Source of the DNA: an uncultured delta proteobacterium
GTDB lineage: Bacteria > Desulfobacterota > Desulfobacteria > Desulfobacterales > JAFDCJ01
Length of the DNA stretch: 64,000 nucleotides
Assembly: GCA_963769935.1 (NCBI GenBank)
Contig: CAVYNY010000001.1
Span: 1-64,000, forward strand
Direction: 5' to 3'
The position numbers were made by a program, and so were the translations under genes. Below the pieces are notes generated by a model. It saw nothing but the letters and a program-made list of their open reading frames with translations, ran no database searches and was not told where the DNA came from. Positions within the stretch are counted from its first letter, which is position 1. Every line of letters begins with the position of its first letter. This document shows positions 11,704 to 20,906 of this stretch, piece by piece.

Positions 11704-12116
11704 TGGTTACCTCCTTTTGGTGTTGAGTTGAAAAGGTTGCTGAAGATGCATGGTTCACCCCCCCTATTGGAAGGCTGCGACAAATGGCTTGCAACACTCC
11801 GCTGAGTCGCCGCAAGAGTCTGCAGTCAATTTTTATTCTGCCTGGAGTGGATGAGAATGGAATTGTTTGACACACGGTTCGCCATTGTTTGTCATATGCA
11901 GAAGCATAATGTCAATAGGAATTAATCCAATTTAGACCGGTATGAACTCAGTAAAAGAACCTGGCTAAGAGGCCCCGCCGGCGGGGTTTGGCTTCACCCC
12001 AGAGGCGTGGTCTATGCCGTCAGATAACCCATGGAATAACGGAATGGTGGCCTCCGGCTCGTAGAGCCTACGGATCGGAGAGAAAAATGGAATATTGGGG
12101 ATCAAAAGCGGATGAA

Positions 12117-13339
12117 TTAGGCGATCCTTTTTTCGACGATCTCATCAACCGTGATGTCCAGTTCGGCGAGCTCCTGAAAACAATATTGGCGGGCATCTTC
12201 CGGAAGCTGCTCCGGGACGAACAATCCGCTTTCGGTAAACGCATCGTCCACCAGCATTTTCACAAATACTGCAGCGCACTGGCCCGTCAGATAAGCTTCA
12301 TGGCTCAGGCCGGATTTCCCGAAAGCTTCAACCAAGCCCGGTGAATTGGCATAGCAGTCAATTCTCACCGGCTGTTCTTCTTTATCGCCTTCGACCCGCA
12401 CCAGAAAGGCACCCTCCTCCAGCAAAAGGCCTTCATCGATGATCGCTTTGATTTCATCCGGAAATTTCGGCGCCGGCGGACACAATTTTAAGACCAGGTT
12501 CAGGGGGGCGACTTGGGCGCCGTTGACCGCCACCGGTTCGCTGGAGAGCAGTCCCATTTTATACAGCGACTCGGATAATTCGACCTGGGGGCCGCCGTAT
12601 TTGAATTCCACATTCTTAACCCCTTTGAGCACGTTATCCGCGAGCAGGCCCATGGTCACCGGTTCATCGTGTTCATGATCGACCATTTTAATTGGGCGGT
12701 CGATTCCTCTGAATTTCATCATGACAGGACGACTGAATGGTCTATCGGTAATGATTTTACCGTTTTCAAACCGAAAAGTTTTAAATGCCATGTCACCGAA
12801 GGCCACTTCCGGCGACCACCAGAAAGGAGTGAACCGCCGGGTCCAGACACCTTCATAGACATAAATACCAATGTGATCGCAGCTGTCGAGCCTATCAACC
12901 GATTCTCTGGCAATGATATTGGCCAGCCCGGGGAGGATCCGCAACCGACCAGGGCGGTCAGCCCTTTTTCCCTAAACCGCGCGTGCCAATCGGAAAAAAT
13001 CATGCGGTAGCTTTCGACGAATCCGATTTTTTCCATGGGACCGGCCAGATCCACGTAGGAAGCATTCAGCGCCAGGGCGGCCTCCATGATGATCAGGTTG
13101 TACTCCAGGGGCAAACCATTGACTACCATGTTGCACCCCTGGGCCGCCTGAATGACATTGTTCACTTCCCCGGCGTCCAGCTGGACGGCCTTGGCCTTTT
13201 GCAGTGAACTACTCAGTTTTTTTGCCACATCGAGATTGTAATCCGCACAAATAATTTCCGCTACTGCCGGATGTTCGTCCATTCGCCTGGCAATCGTACT
13301 GCCCTGAGCGCCGACACCGACAATAATAATCTTTTTCAC
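12117..13339 (-). pseudogene. Saccharopine/carboxynorspermidine dehydrogenase family protein with a single frameshift near 12925
   Basis: The N-terminal ORF has the Rossmann motif IVGVGAQG and ends GCGSSPG. The other frame continues PGLANIIA...WWSP...HDEP. The span is 1223 nt, one short of a multiple of 3. Confidence 0.8.
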
Positions 13340-13408
13340 TTCTGCTCCTTTCTTTTAATTCTTCCATCATGAATAGTTGGGAAATTAGATATCTAAAAAA
13401 ACATTTTG

Positions 13409-13428
13409 TGTCAATAAAAATATTGACA
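13409..13428. promoter_or_regulatory. Back-to-back -35 boxes or operator of the divergent promoter
   Basis: TGTCAATA-AAAA-TATTGACA is a perfect inverted repeat in the AT-rich divergent spacer. Confidence 0.5.
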
Positions 13429-13482
13429 ATTATATCGAATAATGTAAAAAAAATAAAAAAATAACATTATATAGGCATAATT

Positions 13483-13998
13483 ATGAAGAAAAATATCGAA
13501 AAAAACAGAAAAACAACAAATGACATCGACGACTCTCGCGGTAAAAAACTTGATCGAGTAGACTGCCGGATGATTCAACTGCTGCAAAAAGATGGTCGCA
13601 TGCCCAACAATGCGATCGCCCAGGAGCTGGGCATGTCCGAGTTCACCGTGCGAAGACGCTTGAAAAGGCTTTTAGACAGCGGCATAATCAAAATCGTGGC
13701 GGTCGCCAATCCCATGGATTTGGGGTTTGAAATCGCCGGAAATTTAAAGATACGGATCGACCTGAAAAAAGCGGACGAAGTTCTGGAGAAGCTCAAAAAG
13801 CTTGAGGCCTTGATCTGGGTGGCACTGACCACCGGCGGAACGGACATTGATGTGGATTTCGTGGTCCGCTCTCTGAAAGAATTTCAGGAGTTGGTATTTA
13901 AAAAAATCAGCAAAATAGACGGAGTCCTGTCGACGGAGGCCTCTTTAATGGTGGATCTGGTAAAGGATGAACACGATTGGGGCACGGCCTGGGACTAG
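13483..13998 (+). CDS. Lrp/AsnC family transcriptional regulator
   Basis: LDRVDCRMIQLLQKDGRMPNNAIAQELGMSEFTVRRRLKRL HTH plus a C-terminal RAM domain. Confidence 0.93.
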   Translation: MKKNIEKNRKTTNDIDDSRGKKLDRVDCRMIQLLQKDGRMPNNAIAQELGMSEFTVRRRLKRLLDSGIIKIVAVANPMDLGFEIAGNLKIRIDLKKADEVLEKLKKLEALIWVALTTGGTDIDVDFVVRSLKEFQELVFKKISKIDGVLSTEASLMVDLVKDEHDWGTAWD

Positions 13999-14158
13999 CA
14001 GAGGATAGAAGACGAGAAGATGAGAAGATCAGAAGATCAGAAGGTTAAAAGGTGAGACAGTGGGAAGGTGAGTGGGTGAAAAGATGGGAACCAGGTATAA
14101 GATATTGGTTATTAGACTAAAAGCGGGTAAACTTCGGCGGCTGTCACAGGCTGACACC

Positions 14159-14233
14159 TCGTGTGAAACTACATTTAGTTTCTTCCACGATCAGACTGGA
14201 CGCTCGCGGCCAGAGGCGGCGCTTATATGAAAC
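14159..14233. repeat. Dispersed repeat (TGAAAC-bounded family), related to sequence at 44219-44431
   Basis: tcgtgtgaaactacat...gtttct..cgat...ctgg...ggccag.ggc...ttatatgaaac recurs near 44219 and 44372-44431. Confidence 0.65.
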
Positions 14234-14553
14234 CGATTTAGGAAATCCCCTACTGGCTGGACCCGCCGCCTTTGGTTAAGTCATTTCCCGGGGCCGCCTT
14301 CCCGGCCCGAACCGATGTCCTGGTTGTGGGCAGCGGGTATACCGGCCCCCTGACACCCTGGCTGCGCAGGCGCCTGGTGCCGACGGAAAGCCTCATGATC
14401 GCAACCGAAGAACTTCCAGCGGATGTAGCCGGATCACTGATTCCCAAGGGCCGGATGATCTACGACTCCAAAATTTTTCTTTACTATAACGGAAATCCGT
14501 GGTTCCAGCCGCTGGGTTACGCCGGCTTCAGTCTGCTGGATCGAATTTTCTGA
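14227..14553 (+). pseudogene. Remnant of a PuuB/DadA-family FAD-dependent amine oxidoreductase
   Basis: Reads MKPI*EIPYWLD...DVLVVGSGYTG|PLTPWLRRRLVP..MIATEEL..SKIFLYY|NGNPWF. The N-terminal, middle and C-terminal family motifs are present in only ~108 codons, with an in-frame TAG at codon 5. Confidence 0.8.
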
Positions 14554-14765
14554 TCGCTACAAATTGAACAAAATGCGTAAAAAACAAATTTCGCGTCTAC
14601 ATAGAGATCTAAAATCCTCGCATACCAATTTTCGATTTTTTCAAAATTCGATTTAATGTGCTCAAGGTTTTGGCGTTAGCGACCGATAAGATTGTAAAAA
14701 TCTAAATTTTCGTCGTACCGGTATATTTTCAATATATGGCGGGATTATGATGCACCGGAGGGATC

Positions 14766-15959
14766 ATGAATAACCAGATCACTGCGTTTATCGATGAGCT
14801 GAAAACCAATAAAAAAATGGCAACTTTTGACGAGGCTTCCACCAAACAGGCGGTCGTGCTGAGACTGTTGTCCTTTTTGGGCTGGGACATCTTCAATGTG
14901 GAGGAGGTCTACCCGGACTTTTCAACCGGTTCATCAAATATTTCCTATGCGCTGCGAATCAGGAATACCAATAAGGTTTTTATCGAGGTCAAAAGGGTAC
15001 ACAAAAAGCTGGACAGCTATCAAAAAGAACTGGTAGATCTGTCCGCTCGCGACGGCGTTAATATGGCGGTCCTGACCAACGGCATTACCTGGTGGTTCTA
15101 CCTGGTGTCGGCTCCGGGCAATTGGAAGCAAAAATGGTTTCTTGCAATTGATTTGATGAAACAAAAAACAGATTCCATTGTTCCCCATCTGCTTGATTTG
15201 CTTGAAAAAGACAAAATCACCAAAGGCCAGTCATTAAGAGCCGCCAAGACGCTTTTTCAGAAAAAAAAGCAAAAATTGGCGGCTGATTTCCTGCCGGAAG
15301 CCTGGAATCAAATCCTGACCCAGCCCAACAAAATATTTGTCGAATTGCTGAGCGAACAAACTGAAAAGCTATGCCGGTATAAAGTCGACAGCAAAACCGT
15401 TGAAAAATTTATCAACAAATATCAGGATAAATGGCTGTTGAAGAGCAAGGCCAGCAACGTGGCTGAGCCGCCGGCAGCCGCCATGGAGGCTGATATTTTG
15501 GACCTGCATGACGAACTGCCCAAGTCGTGGACCAAGGCTTTATCAAGCACCGATACATCATTGTCAGGCACGGATACATCCTTATCAGGAACGGACAAAT
15601 CCCTGGCAAGCACGGATACCATCAAACTCGCCGAACGCTATGCGGATAAAACCATTAAATCATATACCTTTAACGGCAACACGTATAAAGTCAGCACCTG
15701 GGATGAAATGCTCACGACTCTGTGCGACTATTTTGCCGCCGCCAACAGTAAAGACTTCGAAAAAGTGCTATGGATTTCCAATGAGCAAAAACCGCGCTTT
15801 TCCCGCTACGGAGACCAATTGCGAATGCCGGAAAAAGTCAAACGTACGGATATATATGTTGAAACCAAATTAAACCCCGGCGAAGTTGTCAGAACCTGCG
15901 GCAAGCTGCTGGCAGAGTTCGGTTTCAGCAAAGATGATTTGCAGATTGAAACGGCGTAA
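14766..15959 (+). CDS. HsdR_N-type PD-(D/E)xK nuclease-like domain fused to a SeqA-C-like domain
   Basis: The N-terminus has EASTKQAVVLRLLSFLGWD, FIEVKR and LTNGITW. The C-terminus has PRFS...LRMPEKVKRTDIYVETKLN...LLAEFG, resembling SeqA C-terminal domain homologs. Confidence 0.7.
   Translation: MNNQITAFIDELKTNKKMATFDEASTKQAVVLRLLSFLGWDIFNVEEVYPDFSTGSSNISYALRIRNTNKVFIEVKRVHKKLDSYQKELVDLSARDGVNMAVLTNGITWWFYLVSAPGNWKQKWFLAIDLMKQKTDSIVPHLLDLLEKDKITKGQSLRAAKTLFQKKKQKLAADFLPEAWNQILTQPNKIFVELLSEQTEKLCRYKVDSKTVEKFINKYQDKWLLKSKASNVAEPPAAAMEADILDLHDELPKSWTKALSSTDTSLSGTDTSLSGTDKSLASTDTIKLAERYADKTIKSYTFNGNTYKVSTWDEMLTTLCDYFAAANSKDFEKVLWISNEQKPRFSRYGDQLRMPEKVKRTDIYVETKLNPGEVVRTCGKLLAEFGFSKDDLQIETA
15546..15620 (+). 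repeat. 21-bp coding tandem repeat (STDTSLS/GTDTSLS/GTDKSLA/STDT)
   Basis: About 3.5 degenerate copies in the interdomain linker. Confidence 0.8.
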
Positions 15960-16082
15960 ATCGTTTTTAACCTTGACAAATTCCAACAGATCGCTGATTT
16001 TGGCTGAGTCGAAATCTAAGCTTCGACACCGAGACTGCGCTCGGTAGAAATGGCTTTTGCGGGGCAACAAATTTTTTAAGTG

Positions 16083-16210
16083 GGTTTCAGGTGTCAGCTA
16101 TCCGTCGGTCGCCGAAGTTTTCAGTTTGATCGAAATGGAGACATGCCTCAAATCTTCGACCGTAGGCCATCTTCCCTGCGCATAGCACCAAAAATCTGAC
16201 ACCTGAAACC
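16083..16210. repeat. Inverted repeat GGTTTCAGGTGTCAG ... CTGACACCTGAAACC
   Basis: 15-bp perfect arms at 16083-16097 and 16196-16210, inside an imperfect outer inverted repeat (15962-15979 / 16230-16245). Confidence 0.75.
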
Positions 16211-16279
16211 TCGCGTTTTTAACAATAGGTTGTCAAGATAAAACGCCTTAAGCGCATACCATGCTGAAAACGAAATCTC

Positions 16280-17749
16280 ATGACTGCCAGCTATCTCTTT
16301 TACGATATTGAAACTACGGGGTTAAACAAGGCCTTTGATCAGGTTTTACAGTTTGCCGCCATTCGCACCGACAGCCAATTGAATGAAATCGGCCGCCATG
16401 ACATCAAAATCAGGCTGCGACCGGATGTCATTCCTTCCCCCCTGGCGATCCTCACCAATCGCATCCCCGTCGCCGAGCTTGCCGGCGGTCTGTGTGAATA
16501 CGATGCCACCGTGCAGATCCACGCCCTGATGAATGAATCGGATACCGTCAGCATCGGCTACAACACCTTAGGATTTGATGACGAGTTCCTGCGGTTCTCG
16601 TTTCACCGCAATCTGCTGCCCCCATACACCCACCAGTACCGCAACGGTTGTCGCCGCATGGATTTATTCCCGATCGCCATTGTCTACTGGCTTTATCAAA
16701 GGCAGGTATTGACCTGGCCGGTAATCAACGGCAAGCCTTCCTTAAAGCTGGAGCATCTGGGGGCTGAAAACCGCATGCTGACCGGCCAATCCCACGAGGC
16801 CCTGGCGGATGTCGAGACAACCGTTGAGCTGGCCCGCCGCTTTTTCACAAAAAAGAAAATGTGGCAGTATTTGGAAGGCTATTTTGACAAGGAAACCGAC
16901 GCCTATCGCATCGATGAGCTGCCGGTTGCACTCCAAAGCGGGTCCGGCGGGCATCGCAAGGGATTGATGATCAGCGGCGAGTACGGCCCCGTCCAGAATT
17001 ATCAAATCCCGGTGATATCCATCGGAGAATCGATTCCCTACTCGAATCAAACCCTGTGGCTGCGCATGGATCAGCCCCAGCTGCGCGAAACCATCCTGCC
17101 GTCCCTTGCGGAGACAACCTGGGTGGTCCGCAAAAGACTGGGGGAGCCCGGGTTGTTGCTGCCGCCCCGGCAGCGGTACTGGCGGCGCATCGGTGATGAA
17201 CGCAATGCTGTTTTTGAAGAAAATCTGAAATGGCTGCAGGCCAATCCGGAAATTTTTCAGCAAATCATAAAATATTATCGGGAGTACCACTACCCCTTTA
17301 TACCGAATTTGGATGCCGATGCCTCGCTGTATCAAATCGGGTTCTATTCCAAGGCTGACGAAAAATTATGCCGCCGGTTCCAGCAGGCCTCGCTGATGGA
17401 AAAAGCCATGCTGGTGGACCAGTTTGCCAGCCCCGACGCCCGCACCCTGGCCTGGCGTATTCTCGGCCGCAATTATCCCAATGTTTTGCCCGTCGAATAT
17501 GAGAATGAATTTAAAACGTACCTGCAGCGCATCAATCCCTTCCGGCAGGAGGATGCCCTGATAGACTACCGCGAAGAACGCCGCACCACTCCGCGAGCGG
17601 CGCTGCTTGAAATCAAGCGCCTGCAGCAAACCGGTAAGCTTGACAAAGAACAGAGCCGGCTGCTTGAGGACCTGGAAAACCAGATTCGCTCGATTTTTCC
17701 CCTGGACACGGATCAGCACGGACAAACGCAGATTAATTTTGGGGAGTGA
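16280..17749 (+). CDS. sbcB: Exodeoxyribonuclease I (DEDDh 3'-5' ssDNA exonuclease)
   Basis: YDIETTG..DQVLQFAAIRTD, GYNTLGFDDEFLRFSFHRNL, PSLKLEHL, HEALADV and DASLY motifs. Length 489 aa. Confidence 0.88.
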   Translation: MTASYLFYDIETTGLNKAFDQVLQFAAIRTDSQLNEIGRHDIKIRLRPDVIPSPLAILTNRIPVAELAGGLCEYDATVQIHALMNESDTVSIGYNTLGFDDEFLRFSFHRNLLPPYTHQYRNGCRRMDLFPIAIVYWLYQRQVLTWPVINGKPSLKLEHLGAENRMLTGQSHEALADVETTVELARRFFTKKKMWQYLEGYFDKETDAYRIDELPVALQSGSGGHRKGLMISGEYGPVQNYQIPVISIGESIPYSNQTLWLRMDQPQLRETILPSLAETTWVVRKRLGEPGLLLPPRQRYWRRIGDERNAVFEENLKWLQANPEIFQQIIKYYREYHYPFIPNLDADASLYQIGFYSKADEKLCRRFQQASLMEKAMLVDQFASPDARTLAWRILGRNYPNVLPVEYENEFKTYLQRINPFRQEDALIDYREERRTTPRAALLEIKRLQQTGKLDKEQSRLLEDLENQIRSIFPLDTDQHGQTQINFGE

Positions 17750-17754
17750 ATGGG

Positions 17755-17806
17755 ATCAATCTAATCAACCCAATCAACTCCATCAACCCAATAAACTCAA
17801 TAAACT
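17755..17806. repeat. 9-bp-period tandem array (ATCAACCCA-like)
   Basis: atcaatcta atcaaccca atcaactcc atcaaccca ataaactca ataaact. Confidence 0.75.
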
Positions 17807-17829
17807 TTTCTTCCTTTAACCTTCTACCT

Positions 17830-18870
17830 TTAACCTATCACCTCTGCCAGTTCCCCCACAAATCCCTTATAGCAATTTCGGCAGACAGCCGGCCGCCTTC
17901 CCCTGGTGTGGGCCCGGACAAATTCCTGGTAGGCTTTGCGGTGCCAGATGATGTTGAGATCTTCTGTTTGAATGTTGCCGAAGCTCAAATTCTGCTGAAT
18001 TCGCTTTTGCCCTTTAAAGTAATAAAAATTTTCACTCTGCGCCGGCAAGCAGGTAAACACACAGGGCGAAATGCTGCCGTCCGAACCCGCCACGACGGCC
18101 CGCGCCACATTTTCACTACACCTAAAGTCTGTCGATTGCGGTGCGACCAAATGAAAGTGAATCTCCGCTCCCCGTTTGGCAGCTGCATCCTTGACTTCCA
18201 GCAGGCGCTCCTGCAGCGGCCCAGAATCTTCCGGCACCCGAACCAGCCTGGATTCATCATCCATGGCCGGGTTCACGGCCAGTGAGAGGGAACTGACGAC
18301 CGTTTGATCGGCACCGGTGCTCGCCAAAAATTCAGGGAGGCGTTCGAGGTCGGCCAGACCGCTTGCCAACAACATATAAGCGATGTGAATCCGGGGATTC
18401 TCAGTGCCGTGCTTGCTTTTATACCGTTGCAAAGTCTCGATGCATGCCAGCGTTTTTTTGATCGAAGTCCCCTTGCGGATGACATCATTTTTTTCATCGA
18501 TGCCCGCCAGCGAGAATCCGATCACATCCAGCCCCTCGCCCACAAGCCTTTCAATGGTCTTATCATTTAAAATAGTTGCATTGCTCGTGGTTCCCACCAG
18601 GCAGCCGGCTTGCTTGGCACTTTGCAGCATGGCGATAAAATCAGGCTGCAGAAACGGCTCCCCCCAACCCTGCAAGTAGATAAGCCTGGTTTTGGCAAAA
18701 GCGGGAATCAGTCTTTCAAAAACCTGCAGCGGCAGGTGGCGATTTTGCCAGTTTTTTTGGTAGGCGGTATGGGGGCAATAAATGCAGTCCGCATTGCAAT
18801 AAGAGCTCACCTCAACCTGGATCCAATCCAGGCGGGGATAGCTTTTCTTAAAAAGGTTATTCAGCAGCAT
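17830..18870 (-). CDS. Radical SAM protein with SPASM domain
   Basis: CNADCIYC, LQGWGEPFL, and C-terminal C..GSISPC..CRNC. The start could extend to 18894. Confidence 0.88.
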   Translation of the reverse strand: MLLNNLFKKSYPRLDWIQVEVSSYCNADCIYCPHTAYQKNWQNRHLPLQVFERLIPAFAKTRLIYLQGWGEPFLQPDFIAMLQSAKQAGCLVGTTSNATILNDKTIERLVGEGLDVIGFSLAGIDEKNDVIRKGTSIKKTLACIETLQRYKSKHGTENPRIHIAYMLLASGLADLERLPEFLASTGADQTVVSSLSLAVNPAMDDESRLVRVPEDSGPLQERLLEVKDAAAKRGAEIHFHLVAPQSTDFRCSENVARAVVAGSDGSISPCVFTCLPAQSENFYYFKGQKRIQQNLSFGNIQTEDLNIIWHRKAYQEFVRAHTRGRRPAVCRNCYKGFVGELAEVIG

Positions 18871-19484
18871 CGGTTCAATCTCGCAATCGCCCAATTTTGG
18901 AAAGCATAACTTTCGATATTAATTTTAACTCATCCCATTCACCACCGCAACCGGCAACGGGCAACCGACCCCGGACGCCCACTTGAGGTTTACCAGGAAA
19001 TATTAGCAGGCACAGTTATCGCTCAATGTTCTGAAAGATGCTAAAAAAACATGAAAATCGTTTTACCAGTGGTGCATGACCCGCCATTGGGCAGGAAACT
19101 TTCCCGCCTCCCGTGAAAATCCCCTATCAAAATGCCTGTTTTTCTATTTGAAAAAGAATAATAGTTGTGTTAAAAACTCTTGCTGATCGTGTTTTCCCGT
19201 GATTTCAAACCTGATGCCGCCTCCTGTTTTTAGACACCACCATGCGCTACATGCCGATCTTGTGAAGATGAGCTAAATTGATACCTGCACAATCTGAATA
19301 TACTTGACTTCAGGCTCCAATGAGGTTTTTTGAACGATCCAAATCTTAAAAGCTCTTTGGTCTTAGACATTGACTGGGCGAGAAGTCAACTTTCATATGC
19401 AATCATTGCTGAAAGAAGATCCGGTAATGATCGTAGGAATGGTACCGGGAATAAAACAGATAACATAAAAGGAGGAGGTGGACT

Positions 19485-19967
19485 ATGGAAAGAAGGAGTT
19501 TTCTCAAAGCGGTTGCATGGGGCATCGCAGCGGTTGCGGTCGAGAAGAAAGCGTCTGCGGGCGACAAATATTTTCCGGTTAAAGTGGACGCGAAGCTGTT
19601 TGACAACATCAATCGTGTGAAAGATATCTCGAATGAGACTCACTTGGAAAAGTTGCATGCGCCGTTCATCACCGCGCCGGAAAAGGTTAAAGTCGGAGAG
19701 CCGTTTACGGTTGAAATAAACGTCGGCAAGGTGCTGCACCCAATGGGCCCGGCTCATTGGATCGAGTTTCTACAATTAGACATCGGCAACGAACCTGCCG
19801 GCAGAGTGGATTTTCAGTCCAGTGGATACCTGAACCCGAAGGCGACTTTCACTGTCGTTCTGACAAAAGAGTCGGCTCCGGAAGGCAAGGTTACCTTGAT
19901 CGCTCATGAGCGTTGCAACCTTCACGGATACTGGGAAGGCACAAAAGATATAGCGGTTGGTTTATAA
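19485..19967 (+). CDS. Superoxide reductase-like (class II SORL/neelaredoxin) protein with Tat signal
   Basis: MERRSFLK twin-arginine motif, iron-ligand motifs EKLH, HPM, HWI and CNLHG, and a strong GGAGG RBS. Confidence 0.85.
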   Translation: MERRSFLKAVAWGIAAVAVEKKASAGDKYFPVKVDAKLFDNINRVKDISNETHLEKLHAPFITAPEKVKVGEPFTVEINVGKVLHPMGPAHWIEFLQLDIGNEPAGRVDFQSSGYLNPKATFTVVLTKESAPEGKVTLIAHERCNLHGYWEGTKDIAVGL

Positions 19968-20063
19968 CCTTTAAATTAATGTTTGGCCGCCGGCAAACGA
20001 AAAAAATGCGAAAATTAATCTTGTATTTACATCACTTCAGGGGTGTCATAATGATAAGGCATA

Positions 20064-20867
20064 ATGACAATCAACCCCCAGGCAGAGATAACCAATAGTA
20101 TTTTGAGCCGCTTGCGCGCCCGGTGGTGGGCGGCAGCCGGCCTTTGCTTTTTGATTCTGGCAGGCGGTTTTTTTCTGTTTAACCGTGACCGCGGCCGGCC
20201 GGCCGATTATCAATGGATTTTGCAGTCGATGATCATTATGATCTATGTGCTGGGACTGCTGAGACACGGACTGCGCTGGAATTACCACCCCGTTGAAAAG
20301 GTTTTGCACTCAAGTCTGGGCTATGGTACATGGTTGACGATCATACGGGGCGCTATGCTTGCCGTTTTGGCCGGCTACCTCTTTCAGCCCTGGCCGGAGT
20401 CGAAATTTTTCCCCGGCCGTCTTTCCTGGTCCCCCGGTTTGCTTTACATAACGGCTTCGATTCTGGACTACATCGACGGTCGGGCCGCCAGGGCCAGCCG
20501 ACATGAAACCCGGCTGGGCGCATTTCTTGATATCAACCTGGATGCTCTGGGTTTGCTGATCGCACCGCTGGCGGCGGTCTGGTACGGCCAGCTGCCGCCG
20601 GCCTATTTGAGCGTCGGCTGTGCCTATTATGTTTTTATAGGCGGTATCCGGCTGAGAAAAAAATTCTCAAAGCCGGTTGTTGAGCCTGAACCCTGGCGGG
20701 GAGCCCGAATATTCGCCGGATTCCAAATGGTCGTTGTCGGCATCGCATTGCTTCCTGTGGTGAAGCCCCCGCTTACGACGCTGATTGCTTATGCAGCGAT
20801 GATACCCCTGTTAGCCGGATTTGTCAGAGACTGGATGATTGTATGCGGATATTTGAAACAAAAATGA
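20064..20867 (+). CDS. CDP-alcohol phosphatidyltransferase family protein
   Basis: D-x2-DG-x2-AR-x8-G-x3-D-x3-D motif (DYIDGRAAR...GAFLDINLD). Membrane protein. Confidence 0.9.
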   Translation: MTINPQAEITNSILSRLRARWWAAAGLCFLILAGGFFLFNRDRGRPADYQWILQSMIIMIYVLGLLRHGLRWNYHPVEKVLHSSLGYGTWLTIIRGAMLAVLAGYLFQPWPESKFFPGRLSWSPGLLYITASILDYIDGRAARASRHETRLGAFLDINLDALGLLIAPLAAVWYGQLPPAYLSVGCAYYVFIGGIRLRKKFSKPVVEPEPWRGARIFAGFQMVVVGIALLPVVKPPLTTLIAYAAMIPLLAGFVRDWMIVCGYLKQK

Positions 20868-20906
20868 GCGCTGCAGATATCTACAGAATGGGGAATTATT
20901 TTGTTT

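Noticed and set aside
17746..18285. 179-aa plus-strand ORF beginning MNGINLINPINSINP
   Set aside because: The start is a translation of an intergenic 9-bp array and the rest is antisense to the radical SAM gene.
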